Positions 9,227 through 18,382 of a stretch of DNA of 34,533 bases are shown here, piece by piece. The notes below the pieces were generated by a model. It saw nothing but the letters and a program-made list of their open reading frames with translations, was not told where the DNA came from and did no database searches. The DNA is from a bacterium. GTDB lineage: Bacteria > Zhuqueibacterota > Zhuqueibacteria > Zhuqueibacterales > Zhuqueibacteraceae. The stretch spans positions 1 to 34,533 of the forward strand of contig JBIOXB010000094.1 of assembly GCA_044869275.1 (NCBI GenBank), written 5' to 3'. Within the stretch, counting starts at the first letter, position 1. Each line of letters opens with the position of its first letter. A program made the translations under genes and the position numbers.

Positions 9227-9457
9227 ACTGTCACCTTGAATTTAGATTCTCCCAATCATGCCATGCCGCTGTTGCGGTCTCTTGGCAAGATTGAGCACCG
9301 TGCTTGTGCGTCACAAGATTCAGACCGTGTGAAAACGCGAAAACGTGTCACCCTGAGCGTAATCGAAGGGTGCTAAGCTCAATAATCAGGCTTCGACTTC
9401 GCTCAGCCTGACTTCGAATCAGACGTTTTCACACAGTCTGATTCTTTCTGCCTGACA
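9224..9457. mobile_element. Degenerate MITE-like element B copy, interrupted by nested element C
   Basis: It begins ACTGTCACCTTGAAT like 15019-15160 and carries the core GCACCGTGCTTGTGC...CACAAGATTC. It resumes as TTTCTGCCTGACA after the insert. The second TIR was not found. Confidence 0.7.
9322..9439. mobile_element. MITE-like element C (118 bp) with target-site duplication
   Basis: TIR AGACCGTGTGAAAACG / CGTTTTCACACAGTCT (15/16), with GATTC duplicated at 9317-9321 and 9440-9444. Internal REP-like palindrome GTCACCCTGAGCG...CGCTCAGCCTGAC. Confidence 0.85.
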
Positions 9458-9482
9458 CCATGATCAACACCATTGGCCCAGA

Positions 9483-10168
9483 CTACGGATAATACAATGT
9501 TACGCGCTGCGCCGAGAAATCAATTGGCAATTGCTGCAAAATCTCCGTGTACTTTTTCTCGCGATATACTTTTTCAGCCTGCTTGAGCAATGGCACCAGG
9601 CTTTCGTATGTCGTTTCCAGTGGGGAGATTTGCTCATGCGGCCACTTTCTGCCTTGATAATAAGGAAGCAAAAAATCAAGCGCAGCTTTGAGGCTTATGC
9701 CATCCTTCCCCTCGTAGTGCCACAAATCCACGCCCACATGCTGCCCCAAGATCGCCAAATAAAACAAAGCCGTCAAGTTAAAAAGACTGTAACCGAGCGA
9801 TTTCGTGCGCTCCGGGTTTCCGGATTCACCTCGCCGTCTTTTCTGATATAAGGGAGGCCGTCGGGCTTTGCCGGATCCGGCCACCAGTAAGTGCCAAGGT
9901 TATAGAAGTCATGCTTATCACCGCTGGGCGGTGTCATGGTCTTGTGCATGACGGAAAAAGGACCGGCGTGCAGGGCCTTTTCCGCATCCTCGATCAAAGC
10001 CCGGTATGCGTATTGGAAGCGTTCTTGACCTGCGTTTATATAATTCTTCACTATCGCCAGGCTGGAGGCGTCGAGCAAAAAAGTTCGCGGTTGAGAGAAC
10101 ACCACCTCTCCGCCGGCAAAATCGAGCAGAAAGATGCAGAAAACGAAACGTGAGGTTTGAGGTCGCAT
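9483..10168 (-). pseudogene. Alginate lyase family (PF05426-type) gene with a large internal deletion and frameshift
   Basis: The N-terminal part (PPSGDKHDFYNLGTYWWPD...DGLPYIRKDGEVNPE) joins directly, out of frame near 9812, to the C-terminal part (ERTKSLGYSLFNL...GVDLWHY...ALDFLLPY). The central catalytic NNH-type region is absent. Confidence 0.85.
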
Positions 10169-10172
10169 GGCG

Positions 10173-12656
10173 TTAATCGATGATCAAATAACTGCCCTGC
10201 AAATCGTGCGTGCGCGCTTCGATCACGGCCCGGCCCGCTCCCGCCGGTAGAAACTCGATCGCGGCTTTGCCGTTGGCGAATTCGATTACACGGCTGCGTG
10301 TAGGCGTGCCGTAATCTTGGAGCAATTGCCCGGCGCCGCTATGAGCGAAATAAACGCGCGCGTTGTAATCGAGGCAAAGCCGGCCCTGGGCATCAACCGC
10401 CCGGGCTGCAATCAGCAGCTTGCCATTCGCGAGCTGTTGAGAGGTCAGCTTCAGCTCCACCGGCGTACCGTTTTTCTCGAGGGAATAATTTGTCACCATT
10501 GCATCGCGCGCAACTTCTTTGCCGCCGGCATAGCCAATCGCCAATAATTCGTTTCGCCCTTCCCTAAAAAGCAAATCCCAATACTGGCCGCAGGCGGGAA
10601 AGTCTTTGGTATTGCGCCGCTTGCTGCCGAGATTGTCACCGTTCAAGCATAAAGCAACCTCTTCGCAATTGCTATAAACGCACACCCGGCGAGCTTGTCC
10701 AGGCCGGCCTCTCCTTTCCGTCCAGGAATGCGATTCGATGTAGCAAAACTTCGGCGCGGTGGTCCATCGGCCTTTGAAAACATAATAGGCATCTTTGGGA
10801 TTGCCGGCGCGATCGACCAGGCCCTTTTGGTTCACGTACGGAATGGGATTCTCGGGCCGCAGCGGCGTGGCGAAATCTTTGAACGCCCATTGCGCATTGC
10901 CGGCAAACCAATCGAGCTGCTCCGCAACCGTTAAATGCCAATCGAACAAATCGACGATGTAGCTTTCACTCCAGTCCCCTACTTTCGAAACCTGTTTGAC
11001 GTGGAGCATATTGGGCTCCTCCGTCCATTCATCCTCGTTGACCAAACCCTCGCCGGTGACGGGGTTTTCCGTATGCCTTCCCACGTGGCTATCGCCGCCA
11101 TATTCGGTGTGCAAAAACCGTTTATACTTTTTGCGCGCTTCGGCGAGAGATTCGGCATAGTTCTTATAAACGCCGGCGTACCATCCTGCCCAAATCGAGG
11201 GGGAGAAAAGATCCGTAATATCCGCGCCCTCGTAAAATTTGCGCATCGCCGTCAAGCGGCTGGAATCCAGTTCATGCGCGAGTGCGTTCAACGCCATGAC
11301 AAATTGCTTGAGCGAATCCGGATGATCGCCGCCGGGAAAATCGGGCAACCAGTACAGCTCATTTCCCACGGACCATAGAATAATGCTGGGATGATTCATG
11401 TTTTGCGCGATTTGCTCCGCGAGCAATCCCCGCGTGTTGGCTTTCCATTCCTCACCACCCATGCCGCCGCGGCACCACGGCAGCTCATCCCACACCAGCA
11501 AGCCGAGCTCGTCGCAAGCGCGATACACCTCCGGGTCTTGCGGATAGTGCGCCAGCCGCAGGAAATTCGCGCCCATTTCTTTGATCATTTGCATATCGCG
11601 TCGATGCAAGCTGTCCGGCATGGCCATGCCGTAGCCGGCGTAATCTTCATGCCGGTGGGTGCCGCGCAAGAGCAGGCGTTGGCCGTTCAAATAAAACGGC
11701 CCGTGTTCTTTGAATTCGAACCAGCGATAGCCAAAACGCTCGGAGACTTCGTCGCGATAACGCCCGCTGCGGGCTGTGAGCTTAAGGGTATAAAGATTCG
11801 GCTGATGCGGTGACCAGAGCTGCGGCGCACGTATCGTGGGCATACGGATCGTCATAGCGGAGGAACCAGGCCCAACATTTTCTTCGAGCGACCGGCGCGC
11901 CACGACTTTGCCTTCGGGGGCTTGAATCGCAATATCGAACGAAACCTTCTGGGCCTGTTGATAAACATTTTCAACATTAAATGCAATTTCAGTTTCAGCC
12001 TGGCCGGCATTCACTGAAGGGGTTTTGAGGTGAACGCGATCCACAAAAATCGGCGGCAACACCTGCAGCCAGACATCCCGCGTGATTCCACCAAAAATGA
12101 CGAAATCAGACTTTTGTGAGGGAATGAGGTTCCGGTCAATGGCATTGTCGGCGCAAACCAAGATCTCATTACTGGAGTTCTGTTTGATATGAGGGCTGAT
12201 ATCAATCGTGAACCCGACATAGCCACCGGCATGCGACCCGGCTTTTGCGCCGTTGACATAAACCTCGCTTGAAATATTCACGCCTTCAAAATAAATCCGG
12301 AAAACCGTATGCGCGTCAGTTGGCGGAAGGTGCAAGGACTTGCGGTACCAACCCGCCGCGCGCCGGTAGCCGGGAACGTTATCCGTGGCATCAAATTGAT
12401 TCCAGGTGTGAGGCAAATCAACTTTTTGCCAGGCGAGGTTATTTTTTGCGAGCTCGCCCAGGGACTTGACGTTTTCTTCGAGATATTCCCAATCATTGTT
12501 GAGCAAATAAACCTGGCGTGTGTGGACCTCCTCAACCTGTCCCGCGTATGGCTTGCGGGCACGCCAGAAGGGTGCGCGATTATCGTCTGCCGCGGCAAGG
12601 GTGTGCAACAAAAAAAACACGACTACTTTGACAGGATTCGCAAATCCCTGCAGCAT
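10173..12656 (-). CDS. Glycoside hydrolase family 2 (beta-galactosidase/glucuronidase-like)
   Basis: Motifs LPHTWN, GWYRK, FEGV, FGGITRDV, RGTHRHED, RLAHYPQ, WSVGNE and TEYG. A signal-like segment follows ATG 12656. The track extension to 12914 runs through palindromic repeats. Confidence 0.92.
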   Translation of the reverse strand: MLQGFANPVKVVVFFLLHTLAAADDNRAPFWRARKPYAGQVEEVHTRQVYLLNNDWEYLEENVKSLGELAKNNLAWQKVDLPHTWNQFDATDNVPGYRRAAGWYRKSLHLPPTDAHTVFRIYFEGVNISSEVYVNGAKAGSHAGGYVGFTIDISPHIKQNSSNEILVCADNAIDRNLIPSQKSDFVIFGGITRDVWLQVLPPIFVDRVHLKTPSVNAGQAETEIAFNVENVYQQAQKVSFDIAIQAPEGKVVARRSLEENVGPGSSAMTIRMPTIRAPQLWSPHQPNLYTLKLTARSGRYRDEVSERFGYRWFEFKEHGPFYLNGQRLLLRGTHRHEDYAGYGMAMPDSLHRRDMQMIKEMGANFLRLAHYPQDPEVYRACDELGLLVWDELPWCRGGMGGEEWKANTRGLLAEQIAQNMNHPSIILWSVGNELYWLPDFPGGDHPDSLKQFVMALNALAHELDSSRLTAMRKFYEGADITDLFSPSIWAGWYAGVYKNYAESLAEARKKYKRFLHTEYGGDSHVGRHTENPVTGEGLVNEDEWTEEPNMLHVKQVSKVGDWSESYIVDLFDWHLTVAEQLDWFAGNAQWAFKDFATPLRPENPIPYVNQKGLVDRAGNPKDAYYVFKGRWTTAPKFCYIESHSWTERRGRPGQARRVCVYSNCEEVALCLNGDNLGSKRRNTKDFPACGQYWDLLFREGRNELLAIGYAGGKEVARDAMVTNYSLEKNGTPVELKLTSQQLANGKLLIAARAVDAQGRLCLDYNARVYFAHSGAGQLLQDYGTPTRSRVIEFANGKAAIEFLPAGAGRAVIEARTHDLQGSYLIID

Positions 12657-12666
12657 TCGGGAATGA

Positions 12667-12909
12667 TCATTCAGAAGGAATCGCCATGCTCGATTAGACA
12701 TCCGATCGCGATAAAACCTTATCATTCCTGCGAAGGCGGGAATCCATGTTTGTCGTACTTCCTGGATTCCCGCTTGCGCGGAAATGACGGTATGCTGTGA
12801 TCTTCTATGAATTTGTAAACTGTATTTTCTTAGTGATCTTGTTAAATAGTGGCGCCAAAGCCTATGTTGACTTTGCACCCCGTCCTCAAAAGGATTCTTC
12901 CAGAATGAC
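12667..12909. repeat. Composite palindromic element: split D-like hairpin with an inner REP-like palindrome (12721-12788)
   Basis: Outer arms TCATTCAGAAGGAATC (12667-12682) and GGATTCTTCCAGAATGAC (12892-12909). The segment 12840-12909 resembles the inside of 27466-27627. Inner palindrome TCATTCCTGCGAAGGCGGGAATCCA...TGGATTCCCGCTTGCGCGGAAATGAC. Confidence 0.7.
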
Positions 12910-12971
12910 ATCACCGTATGAAAGGAATATAGGTGCGTTCAACCCACAGCAATTTTGCCGTTTATTTGATT

Positions 12972-14912
12972 TTATCTGGCCAGCAATGCCACGAATCCTC
13001 CACCCCCAACCAGCTCGACGAAAAACGAGTCGTTGCTCTGAACCGTCGTGCTATCCACGAGCACGCCGGGTTTGGGGCCGAAGGTTTGGCGTTTGCGCAC
13101 GAGCGACACGATCGCGGCACCGGCCTTTTCATCTCGCACCAGCGTGGCCTGGTGTTCGCCTTCTTTGAGAAAAGAGAGATCGATGGTGAGACCTCTGGCC
13201 GCAGGCCCATTCATTACCGCGACAAACCATTTCTCGCCGGTTCTTCTCGCAAAAGCGGCGAGCTCGCCGATTTCACTCCTCGGCAAGGCAATGGTTTCGT
13301 CCCAAACGGCTGGAATTTGTTTGATCAACTCGACGGCCTTGTGATTCAGAATATTCTGCGGATGCTCGGCATAAATGAGCAGTGGCGAAGTGAAAATGAT
13401 GGCACAGGCGATTTGATGGGATTCGGAAGTGTCGGTGCGGCGATCGCCGAAGTGCATGGGCGTGTAATCAGCGTGTCCCGCCAGCATGCGCGTGAACGGC
13501 AGGGTGGTATTGTGCGCGGCCCACGGTCCGCGGAACTCATAGCCGCGTATGCCTTCGCGCGTCAATTCATTGGGCCAGGTGCGCGCCTCGCCCGCGGGTT
13601 TGTTCGCGCCGTGAAAGTCCAAAACCAGGTGGCGTTCTGCCGCTTCCTTCAGGCAGGCTTGATACAAATCGATGATCTCTTTCGCCTCGTGATCAAAAAA
13701 ATCTATCTTCGCACCGGCCACGCCGAGCTGGTGCAGATGCTCAAAAAACTCGCGGCGCTTTTGCGGGTCGCGCAGCTCGCGGGAATGCTTCCAGAATATG
13801 ACGCTGACATTGCGCGCCCGGGAATAATCTACAAGCTCTTTCTGCTCGCGCTCTGGCCAGCTTTGCCAATGGCCTTCGACCACGTGGTATTCAAAGCCCA
13901 ACTCGCCGGCCAGCCGAGAGAATTCCTTCATCGCCTGCAGAGTTCTTCCGCCATTGTTCAAATAACCCCAAACCGCGCGCCCGGGTTTGAGCCAGGGTGC
14001 CGCAAATCCCTCTGGAAATAGATTCTTATCCGGTGGAGGCGCGAGATTGTGAACGATATCGGAATTCACCAACGCGTTCAAATCCGCACCGAGCATCACC
14101 ACCCGCCACGGCGTCTCGATTACGCCATGGATTGCGGCCGGCGCTGTCAGTCGCTGTGCATCCTCTTCTTTATATCTGAGGATGTACGGATAAGCTGCCG
14201 GCACCTCGTGCCCCAAACGAATTTGAAAACCGCGCCGCCCGTCCGCCTGAAGTCCCATACCGCTGTAATTGATGAGGGCTGATTCGGTGATCGCAGCGTA
14301 GCCGCCGCGATTGGGCAGCTCGAAGGTCACCGGAGGCGCCGCCCATTCGCCAGTCTTTGCGTCAGCGATATTTTTCCTGGTATGAATTCCTTCGTAGTGC
14401 ATGTAAAAATCATGATACCAGGCCGTGCTTCCCTCCGGCAAAACAAATGAAGTGGCCTCGCCCTGCACCAGGCGATTCATGCCGCCCGGCACAACATATC
14501 GAAACGCGATGCCATCATTGAACGCGCGCGCCTCCAGCACGTATGCGGTCTTGCTTTGCCGGTGCGTGAGGGAAAACTTTGCCCCGTGGCAACGATTTAC
14601 AGCGGAGGCGTGCACGCCGCGCCAGGGGAAGGTTTCGTTGATCTCATACCTCTCGGCGTTTCCAAGGTCAATGCCCAGGCCGAGATCCAAACCATCCACC
14701 GTGATTCCAAGAGGAGATTTATCGATGACGCGCACCCCTCTGAAAGTCACTTCATATCCCAACCTGTCCTGCGCGAGTAACAAGACTCTCAGTTGCACAT
14801 TGCCATCCGGGCTGGCGAGGGCAAGATCTGCTGACCTCAATGCCGTCGTACAGAGCACACAACCCAGGCTGCAAATCCACTGCACAGTGATGTTGGTGAT
14901 GGTCTTTTGCAC
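12972..14912 (-). CDS. Glycoside hydrolase family 97
   Basis: Motifs SPDG, RAFNDGIAFRY, TPWRVV, WLKPGR, GVAGAKIDF, DFHGANKPAGEARTWPN, TREGIRG, PFTRMLAGHADYTP and PAVWDET. Confidence 0.93.
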   Translation of the reverse strand: MQKTITNITVQWICSLGCVLCTTALRSADLALASPDGNVQLRVLLLAQDRLGYEVTFRGVRVIDKSPLGITVDGLDLGLGIDLGNAERYEINETFPWRGVHASAVNRCHGAKFSLTHRQSKTAYVLEARAFNDGIAFRYVVPGGMNRLVQGEATSFVLPEGSTAWYHDFYMHYEGIHTRKNIADAKTGEWAAPPVTFELPNRGGYAAITESALINYSGMGLQADGRRGFQIRLGHEVPAAYPYILRYKEEDAQRLTAPAAIHGVIETPWRVVMLGADLNALVNSDIVHNLAPPPDKNLFPEGFAAPWLKPGRAVWGYLNNGGRTLQAMKEFSRLAGELGFEYHVVEGHWQSWPEREQKELVDYSRARNVSVIFWKHSRELRDPQKRREFFEHLHQLGVAGAKIDFFDHEAKEIIDLYQACLKEAAERHLVLDFHGANKPAGEARTWPNELTREGIRGYEFRGPWAAHNTTLPFTRMLAGHADYTPMHFGDRRTDTSESHQIACAIIFTSPLLIYAEHPQNILNHKAVELIKQIPAVWDETIALPRSEIGELAAFARRTGEKWFVAVMNGPAARGLTIDLSFLKEGEHQATLVRDEKAGAAIVSLVRKRQTFGPKPGVLVDSTTVQSNDSFFVELVGGGGFVALLAR

Positions 14913-15018
14913 GCCGTTATCCTATCTTTTTAGGGATCGCTTCGTCGCTGCGTTGTTTGCGATGAGGTTTTGCAGCAGCTAGTTAGAGACTTACAACGGC
15001 CGGTCGCACCTCAACTAC

Positions 15019-15160
15019 TACACTGTCACCTTGAATACTGTACCCTTGTCATGTCATTCTGAAAGAATCTTGGTTGAATCAAGCACTGTGATTATGCTGC
15101 ACAAGATTCTTTCTGAATGACAATTCAGGAAGTGGGTACGAAAATTAAGGTGACAGAGTA
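15019..15160. mobile_element. MITE-like element B (142 bp) with 4-bp TSD CTAC
   Basis: TIR TACACTGTCACCTT / AAGGTGACAGAGTA (13/14). CTAC lies at 15015-15018 and 15161-15164, and the latter includes the GH88 stop codon. Inner hairpin TGTCATTCTGAAAGAATCTTG...CAAGATTCTTTCTGAATGACA. Confidence 0.85.
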
Positions 15161-16375
15161 CTACCTCCTGCTCTCCGCCATTTTTTCGATCGTTTGCTTG
15201 CGCAAATTTGCTTCCAAAAAATAATAGTCCGCGTAAATGAGAGGCACATCGACTTCCGTATTCGCGCGTTTGTTGCCGACGGCGTGCATCAATAGGAGAG
15301 CGCCGTTTTCTCCGAGCTTGGCCAGATACTTTTCAGAAGACAGGCTCGCGAGAATTTTGTCAGCGATGGATTTGTATTGCGCCCCTTCAGACCCGAGATG
15401 CATGCTCAACTCATAAAGGGCCGAGCACATGATGGCAGCCGCGGAAGCATCACGCGGTTGTGTCTCTAAATCCGGCGCATCAAAATCCCAATACGGCACC
15501 AAGTCGGCGGGCAGGTTTTGGTGATTCACAATAAAATTGGCCACGCGCGTGGCCTGAGCCAAAAAACGCGGGTCGCGGGTTTCGCGATAAACCATGGTGA
15601 AGCCGTAAAGGGCCCACGCCTGCCCTCGCGCCCAGGTCGATTCGTGCGCGTAGCCTTGATGCGTGTGGCGATCCAGAACCGCGCCGGTGGCGGAATCATA
15701 ATTCAAGACATGCCAAGTGCTGTAATCGCTTCTGAAATGATTTTTCATCGTGGTCTCGGCGTGCTTGAGCGCAATGTCATGAAACCTGAAATCACCGCTC
15801 ACCCGGGTGGCCCAAAACAGCAGCTCGAGATTCATCATATTATCGATGATCACCGGGTACTGCCAGAGGTGTTCATGATGGTCCCAGGACCGGATGCATC
15901 CTACGGTGGGATTGAAGCGCGTGATCAACATCCTGGCGCTTTGCAGCAAAATGTCCTTGTATTCCGCCTCCCCGGTCAAGCGATACCCGTTGCCGAAGCT
16001 GCAAAACATCTTGAAGCCCATGTCATGAGTCGTGCCGTTCGACTTTTCCGGTTCGACATTACGCGTAAATTTCTGCGCGGCGGTTTTCCACTTCTCTTCG
16101 CCCGTGTATTCGTAGATGAACCACAGGCAGCCGGGGAAAAAGCCGCTGGTCCAGTCTTTGGATGGCACGAGCTGCAGTGTGCCATCTGCGTTTATGGTGC
16201 GGGGGTTGTTTTGCGAATCGCCGAGATGCTGCAGCGCCAGCGCAAGCTGCTTTTGCGCGAACGTCAGGTTTTGTTGCGGAAGCTCCGGGCCGCCGGCGCG
16301 GATTCGTGACAGGAAAACCATCGCCAGCGCGAATATGGGAAAGGCCAGAAGGAAGAGGAGTCGAGGGGTTCGCAT
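15161..16375 (-). CDS. Glycoside hydrolase family 88 (unsaturated glucuronyl hydrolase)
   Basis: Motifs DWTSGFFPGCLW, THDMGF, IRSWD, VIIDNMMNLELL, WARGQAWALYG, RDASAAAI and YADYYFLEA; signal peptide. Confidence 0.95.
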   Translation of the reverse strand: MRTPRLLFLLAFPIFALAMVFLSRIRAGGPELPQQNLTFAQKQLALALQHLGDSQNNPRTINADGTLQLVPSKDWTSGFFPGCLWFIYEYTGEEKWKTAAQKFTRNVEPEKSNGTTHDMGFKMFCSFGNGYRLTGEAEYKDILLQSARMLITRFNPTVGCIRSWDHHEHLWQYPVIIDNMMNLELLFWATRVSGDFRFHDIALKHAETTMKNHFRSDYSTWHVLNYDSATGAVLDRHTHQGYAHESTWARGQAWALYGFTMVYRETRDPRFLAQATRVANFIVNHQNLPADLVPYWDFDAPDLETQPRDASAAAIMCSALYELSMHLGSEGAQYKSIADKILASLSSEKYLAKLGENGALLLMHAVGNKRANTEVDVPLIYADYYFLEANLRKQTIEKMAESRR

Positions 16376-16422
16376 TATGAGTTTGGCTTTGGTGTTATTT
16401 TCGGTCCGAGTAAATGGCTGAG

Positions 16423-16514
16423 GCGTAATACTTAATCCGTAATGCGTAAAATTCAGTCCTTGAGTTTTCCGAATTACCTACTATATGTTACGCATTACGC
16501 ATTGCGCTTTACGG
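16423..16514. repeat. Inverted arrays of heptamer repeats (GCGTAAT x4 / ATTACGC x4, degenerate)
   Basis: GCGTAAT ACTTAAT CCGTAAT GCGTAAA at 16423-16450 and GTTACGC ATTACGC ATTGCGC TTTACGG at 16487-16514. Confidence 0.75.
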
Positions 16515-16529
16515 TTCAAGCCTCGGGAC

Positions 16530-18056
16530 TCACTTCAACAACATCACCTGCAAGCTTTCTTTGAAATCACCGGCCGCAATGGCGCAGACGTAAATGCCGC
16601 TGGCCGCCGCTCTGCCAGTGCTATCTTTGCCATTCCAGGTAACGACATGCCGGCTTGGCTCATAACGCGCATTTGCCAGCTCAGCCACGGCATGCCCGAG
16701 AAGGTCGAACACGGTAATCTTCACCTGTGCCGGCCGCGGCACCTCGAATGCGATATGGCACGAAGGATTGAAGGGATTCGGATAAGCAGCATGGAGCCGA
16801 AATTCAGTCGGAGAGCTCGAAGGCTGTTGCACCACGGTCGTAGGGTCTTCAAAGCGGTAAATCGAACCCTGATATCCCACGGCGTAAACTTCACCGGCTT
16901 CGTCCTCGCCAAACGAGGAAACATTCTGCGCGCAAGTAAGGGTTAAAACATTGCGGGCGATGCCATTGCTGTATTCCAGCGCCCAAACCCTGCGCAAATC
17001 AAAATCGCCGTAGAGGTAAATGCCTTTGAGGCTTTGATTTTTTTCTCCGCGATAGACATAGCCGCCGGTGATGCTCTCGCCGGCGTCGCGATGATACTCA
17101 AAGATGGGGTCCGTCAGGAACGGCCACAGGGAAGTGTCGCAAGGAACTTCCTCGAAACAATACGTTCCTTCCTTGATGCTCCAGCCGTAGTTCTTGCCAC
17201 TTTCAATAATATCGATTTCTTCAACGTTCTTGTCACCGACGTCCCCGAGCCACAGCGTGCCTGTTAAACGATCAAAACTGAACCGCCAGGGATTGCGGAA
17301 GCCGTAGGAAAAAGTCTCTTCGGTCCAATTCTTATCGTTGCCCACGAACGGATTGTCCGGCGGAATCGCATATTCCAAACTGCCCTGCTTTTGGTTTACA
17401 TCGATTCGGAGCACGTCCGAAAACCATTTGGTCAGATCCTGTCCATGGTGCAATGGATCGCCGTGGAAGACGCTGTCGCTGGCGGACTCGGAGTGGCCGT
17501 CGCCAAACGCGATGTACAAATAGCCGTCCTGGCCAAAGGCGATATGACCGCCGTTGTGATTGCGTTGCGGCTGCTGCAAGCGCAGCAAGATTCTTTCCGA
17601 GGTGAGATCGGCTTGGTTGGGGTTGGCGGAAACCAGCATTTCCGACACGATGGAAACCAGGTTTCTGTCGCAATATGAAACGTAGAACTTTTTGTTCTCG
17701 GCAAACTGCGGGTGAAAGACCAGCGACAACAGACCGGTTTCTCCCACCCCGCTGAGCCGCGCGGAAATATCCAAAAACTTGTCTGCCCTCGTTGCTTGTG
17801 GATTGTTTTCGAAAACATAAACCGCGCCGCGCTTTTCGACGACAAAAATCCGGTTGCTGCCGTCTCCGGCATGGGTTAAGAAAAGAGCTTCGTTGAAGCG
17901 CAAACTCGGGAAAGCGTTTTGCAATTGTATGCTCGCGAGCTCGTTGCCGGTGGACGCAAGCTTGGACGCGGTTTTGGGAATGCGCTCTTGCAAGCCGTAG
18001 GGGTTTTGCGCCAATGCGAAGGCAGCAAAAAAAAGAAGAGCGATTGTGGTTTTCAT
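16530..18056 (-). CDS. PQQ-dependent sugar dehydrogenase (GSDH beta-propeller) with a C-terminal FlgD-Ig/T9SS-like sorting domain
   Basis: Motifs GETGLLSLVFHP, NHNGGHIAFGQDGYLY, YGFRNPWRFSFD, NYGW, SITGGYVYRG and SSFGED; C-terminal YPNPFNP...WNGKD...ASGIY. Signal peptide from ATG 18056 (track start 18107). Confidence 0.9.
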   Translation of the reverse strand: MKTTIALLFFAAFALAQNPYGLQERIPKTASKLASTGNELASIQLQNAFPSLRFNEALFLTHAGDGSNRIFVVEKRGAVYVFENNPQATRADKFLDISARLSGVGETGLLSLVFHPQFAENKKFYVSYCDRNLVSIVSEMLVSANPNQADLTSERILLRLQQPQRNHNGGHIAFGQDGYLYIAFGDGHSESASDSVFHGDPLHHGQDLTKWFSDVLRIDVNQKQGSLEYAIPPDNPFVGNDKNWTEETFSYGFRNPWRFSFDRLTGTLWLGDVGDKNVEEIDIIESGKNYGWSIKEGTYCFEEVPCDTSLWPFLTDPIFEYHRDAGESITGGYVYRGEKNQSLKGIYLYGDFDLRRVWALEYSNGIARNVLTLTCAQNVSSFGEDEAGEVYAVGYQGSIYRFEDPTTVVQQPSSSPTEFRLHAAYPNPFNPSCHIAFEVPRPAQVKITVFDLLGHAVAELANARYEPSRHVVTWNGKDSTGRAAASGIYVCAIAAGDFKESLQVMLLK

Positions 18057-18208
18057 GTTCATCATCGAGGAATTGAGTTGTTCGTCATTTCGTTGTGAAG
18101 ATTTCACTCATTTATCTGTCTTGGCTTTGCTCAATTCAACACGACATTGTCAAATTATCTGTTGCTCTCGATCAATGAGTTGATCATAAAGACTTTCAGA
18201 TTCTATTC

Positions 18209-18363
18209 TAATTTGACAATGTTAAGTTGAGTGTCTCACCCGCTGTTTGTCATCCCGAAGCTTCGGGATCTTTTTCAGCATAAGCACAGTGCCAAGTGCA
18301 GAAAAGGATCCCTCCAGGATGACATGAATCGGGGAGGTCGGCCAAGTTAACATTTTCAAGCTA
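18209..18363. mobile_element. MITE-like element A, copy 2 (inverted relative to 5244-5399)
   Basis: Ends TTTGACAATGTTAA...TTAACATTTTCAAG. The interior GTCATCCCGAAGCTTCGGGATCTTTTTCAGCATAAGCAC matches the reverse complement of copy 1. Confidence 0.85.
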
Positions 18364-18382
18364 CTGATGATGAGCTCAACCC

